From Coriobacteriia bacterium (lineage in GTDB: Bacteria; Actinomycetota; Coriobacteriia; Anaerosomatales; PHET01), in the NCBI GenBank assembly GCA_009779675.1, contig WRDS01000002.1, positions 1-52,592 of the forward strand: DNA of 52,592 bases, written 5' to 3'. The translations under genes were made by a program, and so were the position numbers. The number at the start of each line of letters is the position of its first letter. The first letter of the stretch is position 1. Under the pieces are notes generated by a model. That model saw nothing but the letters and a program-made list of their open reading frames with translations. It was not told where the DNA came from and ran no database searches. Of this stretch, positions 45,575 through 52,592 are shown one piece after another.

Positions 45575-46567
45575 GTGCCCGCGCTCAACAATATTACCAG
45601 ACGTGATCAGATTGCAGCGATTGCTGATGATTCCCGCCTGCTCATCCTTCGGCTTTTGATGAAGAAGCCGCAAACACTCACCCATCTTGCCAACACACTT
45701 GAGACGTATCCTGCAAAAATAAGGTATCACGTTAAAAAGCTTGAGGATGTTGGCCTGATCCAGCTGATCCGTACTGAAAAAACCCTCGGTTACGTTGAGA
45801 AGTACTATAAGGCCACTGCGTCCGCATATGCCGTTCACTTCATGGTCGTCCCCGAACACGGAGCGACTGATGCTGCGGTCATTGCATATGGGGATGCCGC
45901 CCTGGACTCGCTGACCTCGTCTGCACAGCATTCCGGGGAAAATGTTTATTCACCGATCTACCTTAATAGCCTTGATGGGCTTGTGGCACTCAAGCAGAAC
46001 CTTGCTGATGTGGCAGCCTGTCATCTGCTCGACAAGTCGACCGGTGAGTACAATGCGCCGTTCGTCGAGCGCCTCTTCCCAGGCCGCCCTATGATCTTAG
46101 TCACCCTTGCGCACCGCGAGCAGGGCCTGGTTGTCGCCGAGGGCAACCCCCTTTCGCTCCGCTCTATCGAGGATCTCGCACGACCCGGGATACGCTTCGT
46201 CAACCGCGAGCCAGACTCAGGCACGCGCATCTGGCTCGACAGCCAGCTCACAGCTGCAAACATCACGCAAGAGCAGGTCGACACCTATAGCGATGTTGTG
46301 CCCACGCACGCTGCAGTAGCCGAGAAGATCGCAGCCGGCGAAGCAGATGTCGGCATCGCAACACTTGCAACAGCCAGGGAAGCGGGCCTCGGGTTCATTC
46401 CGCTCTTCCACGAGCAGTATGACCTTGTGTTCGATGCCGAGAAGGGCAACGATCCGCATATCGTCCGGTTGCTAGAGGCTCTTACTACCCGCTCATTCCG
46501 TCAGCGCACCGGTGAGATGGGCGGATACGACATGACTCACGTTGGCAGGATCACCAGGGTAGGATAA
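45575..46567 (+). CDS. Transcriptional regulator: ArsR-type wHTH fused to a PBP-like (oxyanion-binding type) substrate-binding domain
   Basis: LLILRLLMKKPQTLTHLANTLETYPAKIRYHVKKLEDVGLI, then a type-2 periplasmic-binding-like domain (FVNREPDSGTRIWLD...ADVGIATLATAREAGLGFIPL). GTG after AGGAGGA. Confidence 0.75.
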   Translation: MPALNNITRRDQIAAIADDSRLLILRLLMKKPQTLTHLANTLETYPAKIRYHVKKLEDVGLIQLIRTEKTLGYVEKYYKATASAYAVHFMVVPEHGATDAAVIAYGDAALDSLTSSAQHSGENVYSPIYLNSLDGLVALKQNLADVAACHLLDKSTGEYNAPFVERLFPGRPMILVTLAHREQGLVVAEGNPLSLRSIEDLARPGIRFVNREPDSGTRIWLDSQLTAANITQEQVDTYSDVVPTHAAVAEKIAAGEADVGIATLATAREAGLGFIPLFHEQYDLVFDAEKGNDPHIVRLLEALTTRSFRQRTGEMGGYDMTHVGRITRVG

Positions 46568-47660
46568 CCGCCGGCCCAAGGATCTCTTGTAGACGCTGGA
46601 CCCGGACAAGCTCAGGGTCATCGGCAAAGCTGAACGACGGCCAAGCAAAGAACACCGCACCAAAAACGTAGGTCTTAAACATCGGCTCGATTGCAACCCC
46701 TGGGCGATTGTCCGCTGGAAGCACCTTTGACAAGGCCCGGATCATGTTTGCCGGGTCTTTGGTGATTGACACCGCCATGGCATCGGCGCATTCCGCGGCG
46801 GCACACTGCTTACGGCGGTACCAGCTCTTTGTGAACCCGATAACCATGGAGCCGCAGCTATCGGCCACCGCGTGGAGAAGCAGGAAATGTAATACAAAGG
46901 GGGTCAGCAGCCACCGTAGGGCCCACATGATAAGCATGTCAGGATCCTCATGGAAGAACCTTAGAAACCTGTCGCGCTTCGTTTTGATGTTGTCGGCGAC
47001 CATGAACAGCTCGGAAAGGATCGTTGCCGTTCGGGCAGACCCGTCCTGAAGCCGAGCAACCAGATGCGCAAGCACACAACGTAGTTCTTCTATGCTAAGC
47101 GAGTCGACGAGTCCGGTGGTGACCCCGATCCAACCCGTTTCATTGTGATGGGATATTGCAAAAGCATTTATCGCCCGATCATGAACGACTACAAGCTTGG
47201 GTCTCGCTGCCCCCGTTGCGATCACAACGTCATGAAGCGCAGATTTCACCTCGCGGTACTCGCCAAGCGGCATGGGCTCTGCGTTGAGAGCAACGAGTAG
47301 CTTGTCCTCACCGCTTCGCAATGCAAGCCAGGTTGAGACCAGGAACTCCAAGACGAGGGCGATCCACGCAGCTAAGACAATAGCGGAGATCGACCCGTTT
47401 AATCTCTGCACCTCGGAGATCAGCCCGTAGAGGTTCTCCAAATAAAAAGGAAGCCTTACCTCAATGCGCCATAAGGCTATCCAGAGCAAAGCGGAGCCTG
47501 CACAGGCAACAACAGATAGAGCCACAAGAAAGCTTGCCACCACAACATAGAGCACCATGAAACCGATAACATGCCTCCGGTTACGTGCTATGCGCTCTGG
47601 GAGCGGCTGGAATCGTGCAACTAGCTCTTCGTAGTCTATGTTAACGGACGCATTGAGCAC
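46551..47660 (-). CDS. M48/HtpX-like membrane protein with degenerate active site (paralog A)
   Basis: Two N-terminal TM helices. M48 landmarks NAFAISHHNETGWIGVTTGLVDSLSIEELRCVLAH, but HEXXH reads HLVAR. Downstream AECADAMAVSITKDPANMIRAL is retained. Confidence 0.75.
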   Translation of the reverse strand: MLNASVNIDYEELVARFQPLPERIARNRRHVIGFMVLYVVVASFLVALSVVACAGSALLWIALWRIEVRLPFYLENLYGLISEVQRLNGSISAIVLAAWIALVLEFLVSTWLALRSGEDKLLVALNAEPMPLGEYREVKSALHDVVIATGAARPKLVVVHDRAINAFAISHHNETGWIGVTTGLVDSLSIEELRCVLAHLVARLQDGSARTATILSELFMVADNIKTKRDRFLRFFHEDPDMLIMWALRWLLTPFVLHFLLLHAVADSCGSMVIGFTKSWYRRKQCAAAECADAMAVSITKDPANMIRALSKVLPADNRPGVAIEPMFKTYVFGAVFFAWPSFSFADDPELVRVQRLQEILGPAVILPW

Positions 47661-47696
47661 GGGATCCTCGTTTTCTTAGAGCCTAAAACCGACCGA

Positions 47697-48812
47697 TCAC
47701 CGACCGATCGCCGCTGGGCCAAGGATCTCTCGCAGACGCTGGATCCGGACAAGCTCGGGGTCATCGGCAAAACTGAACGTCGGCCACGCAAAGAACAGTG
47801 CGCCAAAGATATCCTCTCGAAACCTTGGCTCGCTCGCATCCCCTGGACGATTGTCAACCGGAAGCACTTTTGAGAGGGCCCTGACCATACTTGCTGGGTC
47901 TTTGGTGATTGACACCGCCATGGCATCGGCGCACTCCGCAGCAACGCTCTGCTGACGGCAATACCAGCTCTTAATAAACCAGATAACGATACGGCTGCAC
48001 CCGTTGGTCACAAAGTGCAGGGATGCAAAGAGCAACGAGAAAGGAGAGCGGGTTTTCCCCTCGGCCTCTCCTTCATTCAGGACTTTCGGCATCATCGCTT
48101 TAGAATTAGCGGCGACCACATCTGGGTTCTCAAGGCAGAGCCTTGCAAACTCATCATCCTTCTTGACGAGGGAATCCTCTGCCATAAGCAGCTCAGAGAG
48201 GATCGTTGCTGCCCGCGCAGACCCGTCTTGAAGCCTCGCAACCAGGTGCGCGAGCACGCACCGCAACTCCTCTGCGGTGAGTAGGTCCACAAGTCCGGTG
48301 GTGACCCCGACCCAGCCGTTCTCATAACGATGGGATATCGCAAAGGCGTTTATCGCCCGATCCTTAATAATCGCCAGCCGAGGAAGGGGCACCCCCGTCG
48401 CGATTGCAACATCATAAAGCGCAGACTTCACCGCGCGGTACTCGCCAAACGGCGCAGGCTTTGCTTTGAGGGCGGCAAGCAGCCTACCCTCACCTCTTCG
48501 CAACGTCAGCCAACTTGAGCCCAGAAACAGCAGCATGAGAACAAGCCACATGGCCAGAATGCCTACAAGGATCAACTCGCTGTATTCCTGCAGGTGGACG
48601 AAGAGTTTAGGCATATCGTTCTCCGCAAACACATGGAGCAACGTAAGACCCACACCGAGAACAACCGACGCAGCCACAAGAAAGCTTGATATCGCTACAT
48701 AAAGCATCATGAACCAAGCGGTGCGCCTCCTGTTACGCTTTATGCGTTCCGGAAGCGGCTGGAACCGCTTGATCAGCTCTTCATGGGTTATGGTACCTAC
48801 CGTGCCCGTCAT
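47697..48812 (-). CDS. M48/HtpX-like membrane protein with degenerate active site (paralog B)
   Basis: Colinear with paralog A and carries the same HLVAR in place of HEXXH. The 3-prime ends of the two genes are near-identical at DNA level (FSFADDPELVR[VI]QRL[QR]EILGPA). Confidence 0.75.
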   Translation of the reverse strand: MTGTVGTITHEELIKRFQPLPERIKRNRRRTAWFMMLYVAISSFLVAASVVLGVGLTLLHVFAENDMPKLFVHLQEYSELILVGILAMWLVLMLLFLGSSWLTLRRGEGRLLAALKAKPAPFGEYRAVKSALYDVAIATGVPLPRLAIIKDRAINAFAISHRYENGWVGVTTGLVDLLTAEELRCVLAHLVARLQDGSARAATILSELLMAEDSLVKKDDEFARLCLENPDVVAANSKAMMPKVLNEGEAEGKTRSPFSLLFASLHFVTNGCSRIVIWFIKSWYCRQQSVAAECADAMAVSITKDPASMVRALSKVLPVDNRPGDASEPRFREDIFGALFFAWPTFSFADDPELVRIQRLREILGPAAIGR

Positions 48813-49329
48813 TTTTCCTTTGCTTGCCCCATCCGCCAGCCTTTTTCCATGACCATCTCAAAAATCCATTGAAGAATCGTGCCACTATGATTATCGGCAA
48901 CCCGCTCCCCGATCCACGAGGGTTTCTTGACCTCACGAGGGTCTCTTGGCTGCCGAACGCTCGCTCAACGAACCCTTTCCGCTTCAGGTTTTTTACAGAT
49001 CTGCCGAGCATTGCATAAAGGAACCCAAAGAGAGCCTCAGTGGATAAGAGTATACGTGGACGTTAGCAGGGACGACATCAGACGGATCCAGCGAGATGCC
49101 ATCTGGAAATGGCGTTGGCTTGGATTCAAAAACAGCACGCCGGGGTTTAAGGCGAGCTTAGCGGTTATTGCATTCGCGGTTATCGGCTTCGCGATCCATT
49201 TGCTTGTTATCAAGACACCCTAAGAGTAGCTGAACCCAAGCAACCTAAGCAATCCAGCGATGTGCCTGTAGATGCGCCTCACGAAAAACCCCGCGGAATA
49301 TGCCACGTGCCCTCGTCCAGGTCAGACCC

Positions 49330-49866
49330 TCAAAGCTTGAGGCTCTGTAACGACACCTGCTTGGTTTCGCCTGCTACCCACTGTCTTCCGATCTCGGCAA
49401 AACCGAACCCGCTGTGAAACGCGCTTGACCTCTCATTGGGGGGATCGATGTCGATCTCGCACGTCAGCATTCCAAAACCGGCATCCTTGGCCCAATCGAT
49501 CACATGGATATACAGCGCCCGCCCGACCCCTTGCCCCTGATGCGATCCCCCAACAACAACGCGATCAATATAGAGAAAATCATCGAATTGCTGAGAAAAC
49601 CAGCGGTAGTTGGGGCTGTCGTACTCTTCGCCAGGGCAAAGCGCCAGCAAAAACCCTGCAATGCCCCCATTTACTTCCACCACCACGCGGTATGCGCACT
49701 GCCGATGCAAAGCCGCAAGGGCTCCAGCGTCAAGCGGTGACAGAAACCGCACCCATGCCCGATTGAGTTCCAACATCGAGGGGAAGTCAGACGGCAAAGC
49801 CTCCCTGATGAGCAGGCCATCCGAATGAAGGTTCAGATCAAAGTCTTTTGTCTCGGAACCCTGCAT
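49330..49866 (-). CDS. GNAT family N-acetyltransferase
   Basis: Acetyl-CoA motif VVGGSHQGQGVGRALY. ATG 49866 (MQGSETKD). The ORF is open to 49977. Confidence 0.8.
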   Translation of the reverse strand: MQGSETKDFDLNLHSDGLLIREALPSDFPSMLELNRAWVRFLSPLDAGALAALHRQCAYRVVVEVNGGIAGFLLALCPGEEYDSPNYRWFSQQFDDFLYIDRVVVGGSHQGQGVGRALYIHVIDWAKDAGFGMLTCEIDIDPPNERSSAFHSGFGFAEIGRQWVAGETKQVSLQSLKL

Positions 49867-49955
49867 GGGGTTTTCATGGGCATCGTTCCTATCCGTCGGT
49901 TTTGGCAAAATAAAATCGAAGCATAGTGTAGTGGCATCGTGCAGTGCGTCAGGCA

Positions 49956-50011
49956 CACGCCGACATACGCAGGGCACCCGACTGCGCGGGTGCCCTGCGT
50001 ATGTCGGCGTG
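49956..50011. repeat. 56-bp perfect inverted repeat (25-bp arms, 6-nt loop)
   Basis: CACGCCGACATACGCAGGGCACCCG-ACTGCG-CGGGTGCCCTGCGTATGTCGGCGTG, between the divergent GNAT gene and the tRNA promoter. Confidence 0.9.
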
Positions 50012-50049
50012 CAGGCGCGATGCGGTAGGCATCAGTAGGCATCGGTAGG

Positions 50050-50078
50050 TTGACAGCGCCCGCTACCGTAGGTAGCAT
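50050..50078 (+). promoter_or_regulatory. Putative promoter of the tRNA-Gln/tRNA-Glu operon
   Basis: TTGACA (50050-50055), 17-nt spacer, TAGCAT (50073-50078). It lies 35 nt upstream of tRNA-Gln. Confidence 0.55.
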
Positions 50079-50112
50079 ACCTTTTCGCGCTGATACAGTG
50101 CGCCTGGGTACT

Positions 50113-50188
50113 TGGGGTATGGTGTAACTGGCAACACGTCGGATTCTGGTTCCGAAGAGTCTAGGTTCGAGCCCTAGTACCCCAGCCA
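50113..50188 (+). tRNA. tRNA-Gln (anticodon CTG), CCA encoded
   Basis: Manual cloverleaf: acceptor TGGGGTA/TACCCCA, anticodon stem TCGGA/TCCGA with loop TTCTGGT, T-arm CTAGG-TTCGAGC-CCTAG, then G-CCA. Confidence 0.88.
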
Positions 50189-50192
50189 TGAT

Positions 50193-50269
50193 GGCCCGTT
50201 CGTCTAGTGGACTAGGACACCGCCCTCTCAAGGCGGAGATCACGGGTTCGAATCCCGTACGGGCTACCA
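50193..50269 (+). tRNA. tRNA-Glu (anticodon CTC), CCA encoded
   Basis: Acceptor GGCCCGT/ACGGGCT (G1-U72), anticodon stem CCGCC/GGCGG with loop CTCTCAA, T-arm ACGGG-TTCGAAT-CCCGT, then A-CCA. Confidence 0.85.
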
Positions 50270-50278
50270 TAATCTACC

Positions 50279-50308
50279 AGCGGAAACTCCGGTTTCCGCT
50301 TTTTATTT
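50279..50308 (+). terminator. Rho-independent terminator of the tRNA operon
   Basis: AGCGGAAAC-TCCG-GTTTCCGCT followed by TTTTATTT. Confidence 0.85.
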
Positions 50309-50692
50309 GACAGACTGATAGGCGCAAATGGTGCCGCTATGGGCGCACGTGGTACCGTTTTCGGTGTCAATTTGCCGCCCTCGCAGCCTCCCTGCTCGTT
50401 TCCAAATTCGCTACGGCCTCGCACTTGCGCTTGGCTTGCTAAAGGCGTGCGTAACGGTTTGCCTACGTGCGAGTCCCCCTTGGTAATTCGTGTCTGACCG
50501 CTGGGTATACTTTGTTGGTGGCGGAGCAGAAGCACGCCAGCGAAACGTTCGCATGCACAGCTGGGGCAACCGTCGGCCATTGGGACAACAATGCGCCACA
50601 GCACGTTTATCGCCAGAAAACGATGCATCTCACAAAAGGTGTTAGGGAAACCACGGAAAATAGTGCCGAGCTCTCAAGGAAATGGTTTTGAT

Positions 50693-51856
50693 ATGGGCAA
50701 AAGAGAACCGTCGAGAACAGGGCTCTGTCTGGCTCTTCTTCTCGCACTGCTCTTGGCAATATCCGCATACGGCTGCACATCAAAGACGGATGAGCCTACT
50801 GTCAGCGAGCCTGCCAGCAATGACCTTTTCGCCAAAGAGCCTGACAAATTGGGTTCGTGGGGACAGATTAATCAGCATATTAAAAGGGGTGCGGGCTGGC
50901 AGCAGATCGTGATGGATAGCCCGTTTCAGCTTGGTGAATTCAAATTGATGAACGACCCGGATAACTACGCAGAGGATTACGGTGAAGTCGGATATGGCAC
51001 ATATCCCCGCATTGACGGGTCTACTGTTGCAGTTCCAATGGCAGTCGAATTCATACGGCAGCATCTCAAGTTCTCAGATGAGGATGCAAACGAGTTCGTG
51101 TTCTTTCGCACAACGCATAACGCTTATGTGAACCTGATAACCAAAGCGACTGACGACTCAGCGGGTGTCGGCATCCAACGTGATGGCGAAGAATACATGA
51201 ATTTTATGGATCACAAGCATCCTGTGGACTTGCTCATCGCGACTGAGCCTTCTGCCGATGAGCTGGCCCTGGCAAAACGCCACAGCGTCGAGCTTGTTAA
51301 GAAACCGGTCTGCTATGACGCCTTCGTTTTCATCACCCACAAGGATAATCCTGTTGAGAGCCTTACCGTTGATCAGGTACGCGACATCTACTCCGGCAAG
51401 ATCACGAACTGGAAGAAGGTAGGCGGCAAGAATATGGCTATCACCGCCTATCAGAGAGAGAAGAACTCCGGCAGCCAGACCGCAATGATAAACCTTGTCA
51501 TGCAAGGCACGCCTATGCTTCCAGCCGAAAGGCTCACGGCTGTTGTGGATATGGATGAACTGATCGAGACTGTAGCTGAATACAAGAACGACAGCGCGAG
51601 CATAGGGTACTCTTACAAGTACTATGTCGATGCGTTATATAAAAACGAGAACATAAAGATCCTCAAAATCAACGACATATCTCCTGACGTGAAAAACCTT
51701 AGAACGGGCTCGTATCCGTTCACAACCTGTTACTACGGTGTCATCAGAGCCGACGACAAAGCTCGCACCGGAGGGCTGTTCTTGGACTGGATGCTCTCTG
51801 AGGAAGGTCAGCGGTGCATCAAACAGGCCGGATACATCCCGTATGCGGAGCATTAG
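50693..51856 (+). CDS. PstS-like (PBP_like_2) substrate-binding lipoprotein with an extra N-terminal region
   Basis: Lipobox [50 protein letters not shown] is typical of the phosphate-binding protein family. Lower GC. No adjacent pst permease or ATPase genes. Confidence 0.75.
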   Translation: MGKREPSRTGLCLALLLALLLAISAYGCTSKTDEPTVSEPASNDLFAKEPDKLGSWGQINQHIKRGAGWQQIVMDSPFQLGEFKLMNDPDNYAEDYGEVGYGTYPRIDGSTVAVPMAVEFIRQHLKFSDEDANEFVFFRTTHNAYVNLITKATDDSAGVGIQRDGEEYMNFMDHKHPVDLLIATEPSADELALAKRHSVELVKKPVCYDAFVFITHKDNPVESLTVDQVRDIYSGKITNWKKVGGKNMAITAYQREKNSGSQTAMINLVMQGTPMLPAERLTAVVDMDELIETVAEYKNDSASIGYSYKYYVDALYKNENIKILKINDISPDVKNLRTGSYPFTTCYYGVIRADDKARTGGLFLDWMLSEEGQRCIKQAGYIPYAEH

Positions 51857-51912
51857 ACACGCGGAGCATTAATGCACACCGCCAGGCAAAACCTATGCTA
51901 TTCTCGGTAGTT

Positions 51913-52592
51913 ATGAATACGCCTATGAACACCGATGCCGGTGCCCCCTTAGAGCCACCCGCTGACCGGAGCGATTTCATCCGCGATATCATCGCCGCTG
52001 ACCTGCGCGATGGCCGAGTATCTCAGGTGGTGACGCGCTTCCCGCCGGAACCGAACGGCTATCTGCATATCGGGCATGCAAAATCCATCTGCCTTAACTT
52101 TGGCGTTGCAGAGGATTTCGATGGACATTGCAATATGCGCTTTGACGATACCAACCCGGAAAAAGAGGAACTCGAGTACATAGAGTCGATCAAAGAGGAT
52201 GTGCGTTGGCTGGGCTTTGACTGGGGAAAGAACCTCTTTCACGCCTCTGACTATTTCGAGCAGCTCTATGAGTGGGCAGTGCACCTTATCAGAGCAGGCA
52301 AAGCCTACGTAGACGACCTCTCTGCCGATGAGATCCGTGCCTACCGCGGAACGCTCACAGAACCCGGCAAGGAGAGCCCGTTTAGGAACCGCTCGGCGGA
52401 AGAGAGTCTGGATCTGTTCGGCAGGATGCGCGCTGGCGAGTTCGGGAACGGCTCACGGGTCCTGCGTGCGAGAATCGACATGGCCTCCCCTAACATCAAC
52501 CTGCGTGACCCAGTCATGTACCGCATCGTGCACGCGCCGCACCCGATGACCGGAGACGCATGGTGCATCTACCCGAGCTATGATTTTGCGCA
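51913..52592 (+). CDS. glnS: Glutamine-tRNA ligase, 5-prime partial (runs off the window)
   Basis: Translated by hand: [64 protein letters not shown]...[12 protein letters not shown]...[11 protein letters not shown]...PVMYRI. Class I HIGH motif and GlnRS-type N-terminus. No stop before the window end, so it is absent from the ORF track. Confidence 0.9.
   Translation, partial: MNTPMNTDAGAPLEPPADRSDFIRDIIAADLRDGRVSQVVTRFPPEPNGYLHIGHAKSICLNFGVAEDFDGHCNMRFDDTNPEKEELEYIESIKEDVRWLGFDWGKNLFHASDYFEQLYEWAVHLIRAGKAYVDDLSADEIRAYRGTLTEPGKESPFRNRSAEESLDLFGRMRAGEFGNGSRVLRARIDMASPNINLRDPVMYRIVHAPHPMTGDAWCIYPSYDFA

Noticed and set aside
50270-50692. Integrated element at the tRNA-Glu 3-prime end.
   Set aside because: There is no integrase and no downstream direct repeat of the tRNA 3-prime end within the window. 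Only a compositional shift and an orphan PstS-like gene are present. It is kept as a low-weight hypothesis in the findings.
1-52592. CRISPR arrays, transposases, integrases, rRNA.
   Set aside because: No array of regularly spaced repeats of 24 bp or more with unique spacers was seen. All repeats found are 2-4 copies and either contiguous or coding. No DDE, tyrosine-recombinase or serine-recombinase motifs appear in any ORF.

Overview
52.6-kb high-GC chromosomal segment. Inferred source is a Coriobacteriia-like actinobacterium. The minus strand carries the classical actinobacterial housekeeping block: M16 peptidase, dapB, dapA, rnj, ftsK, pgsA, cinA, recA, miaB, miaA, dapF, hflX, then lexA and nrdR. 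Mixed into it are genes more typical of Firmicutes: rny, spoVS, a rodZ-like gene and CWB2 wall-binding surface proteins. The plus strand carries a livJHMGF-paaK operon with three coupled unknown genes, an arsM-like methyltransferase, lexA, a ferredoxin-like gene, an ArsR-HTH/PBP regulator, tRNA-Gln and tRNA-Glu, a PstS-like lipoprotein and the 5-prime part of glnS. The conserved block is interrupted by lower-GC insertions (GC judged by eye): an AAA+/PD-(D/E)xK ATPase islet, a Crp/ferredoxin pair, three CWB2 paralogs (one intact, two decayed), a tandem pair of catalytically dead M48-like membrane proteins, and the PstS-like gene. No CRISPR array, transposase, integrase or rRNA was seen. Best candidates for undescribed biology, in order: (1) a 77-aa membrane protein behind SOS boxes in the nrdR/lexA slot that holds chiZ, divS or yneA in other Gram-positives; (2) the duplicated pseudo-M48 pair; (3) an orphan GHKL ATPase in the ymdB slot between rny and spoVS; (4) the ATPase-nuclease islet; (5) the three-gene tail on paaK and the phased repeats in front of arsM. 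All product calls rest on motifs read by eye. No database search was run.
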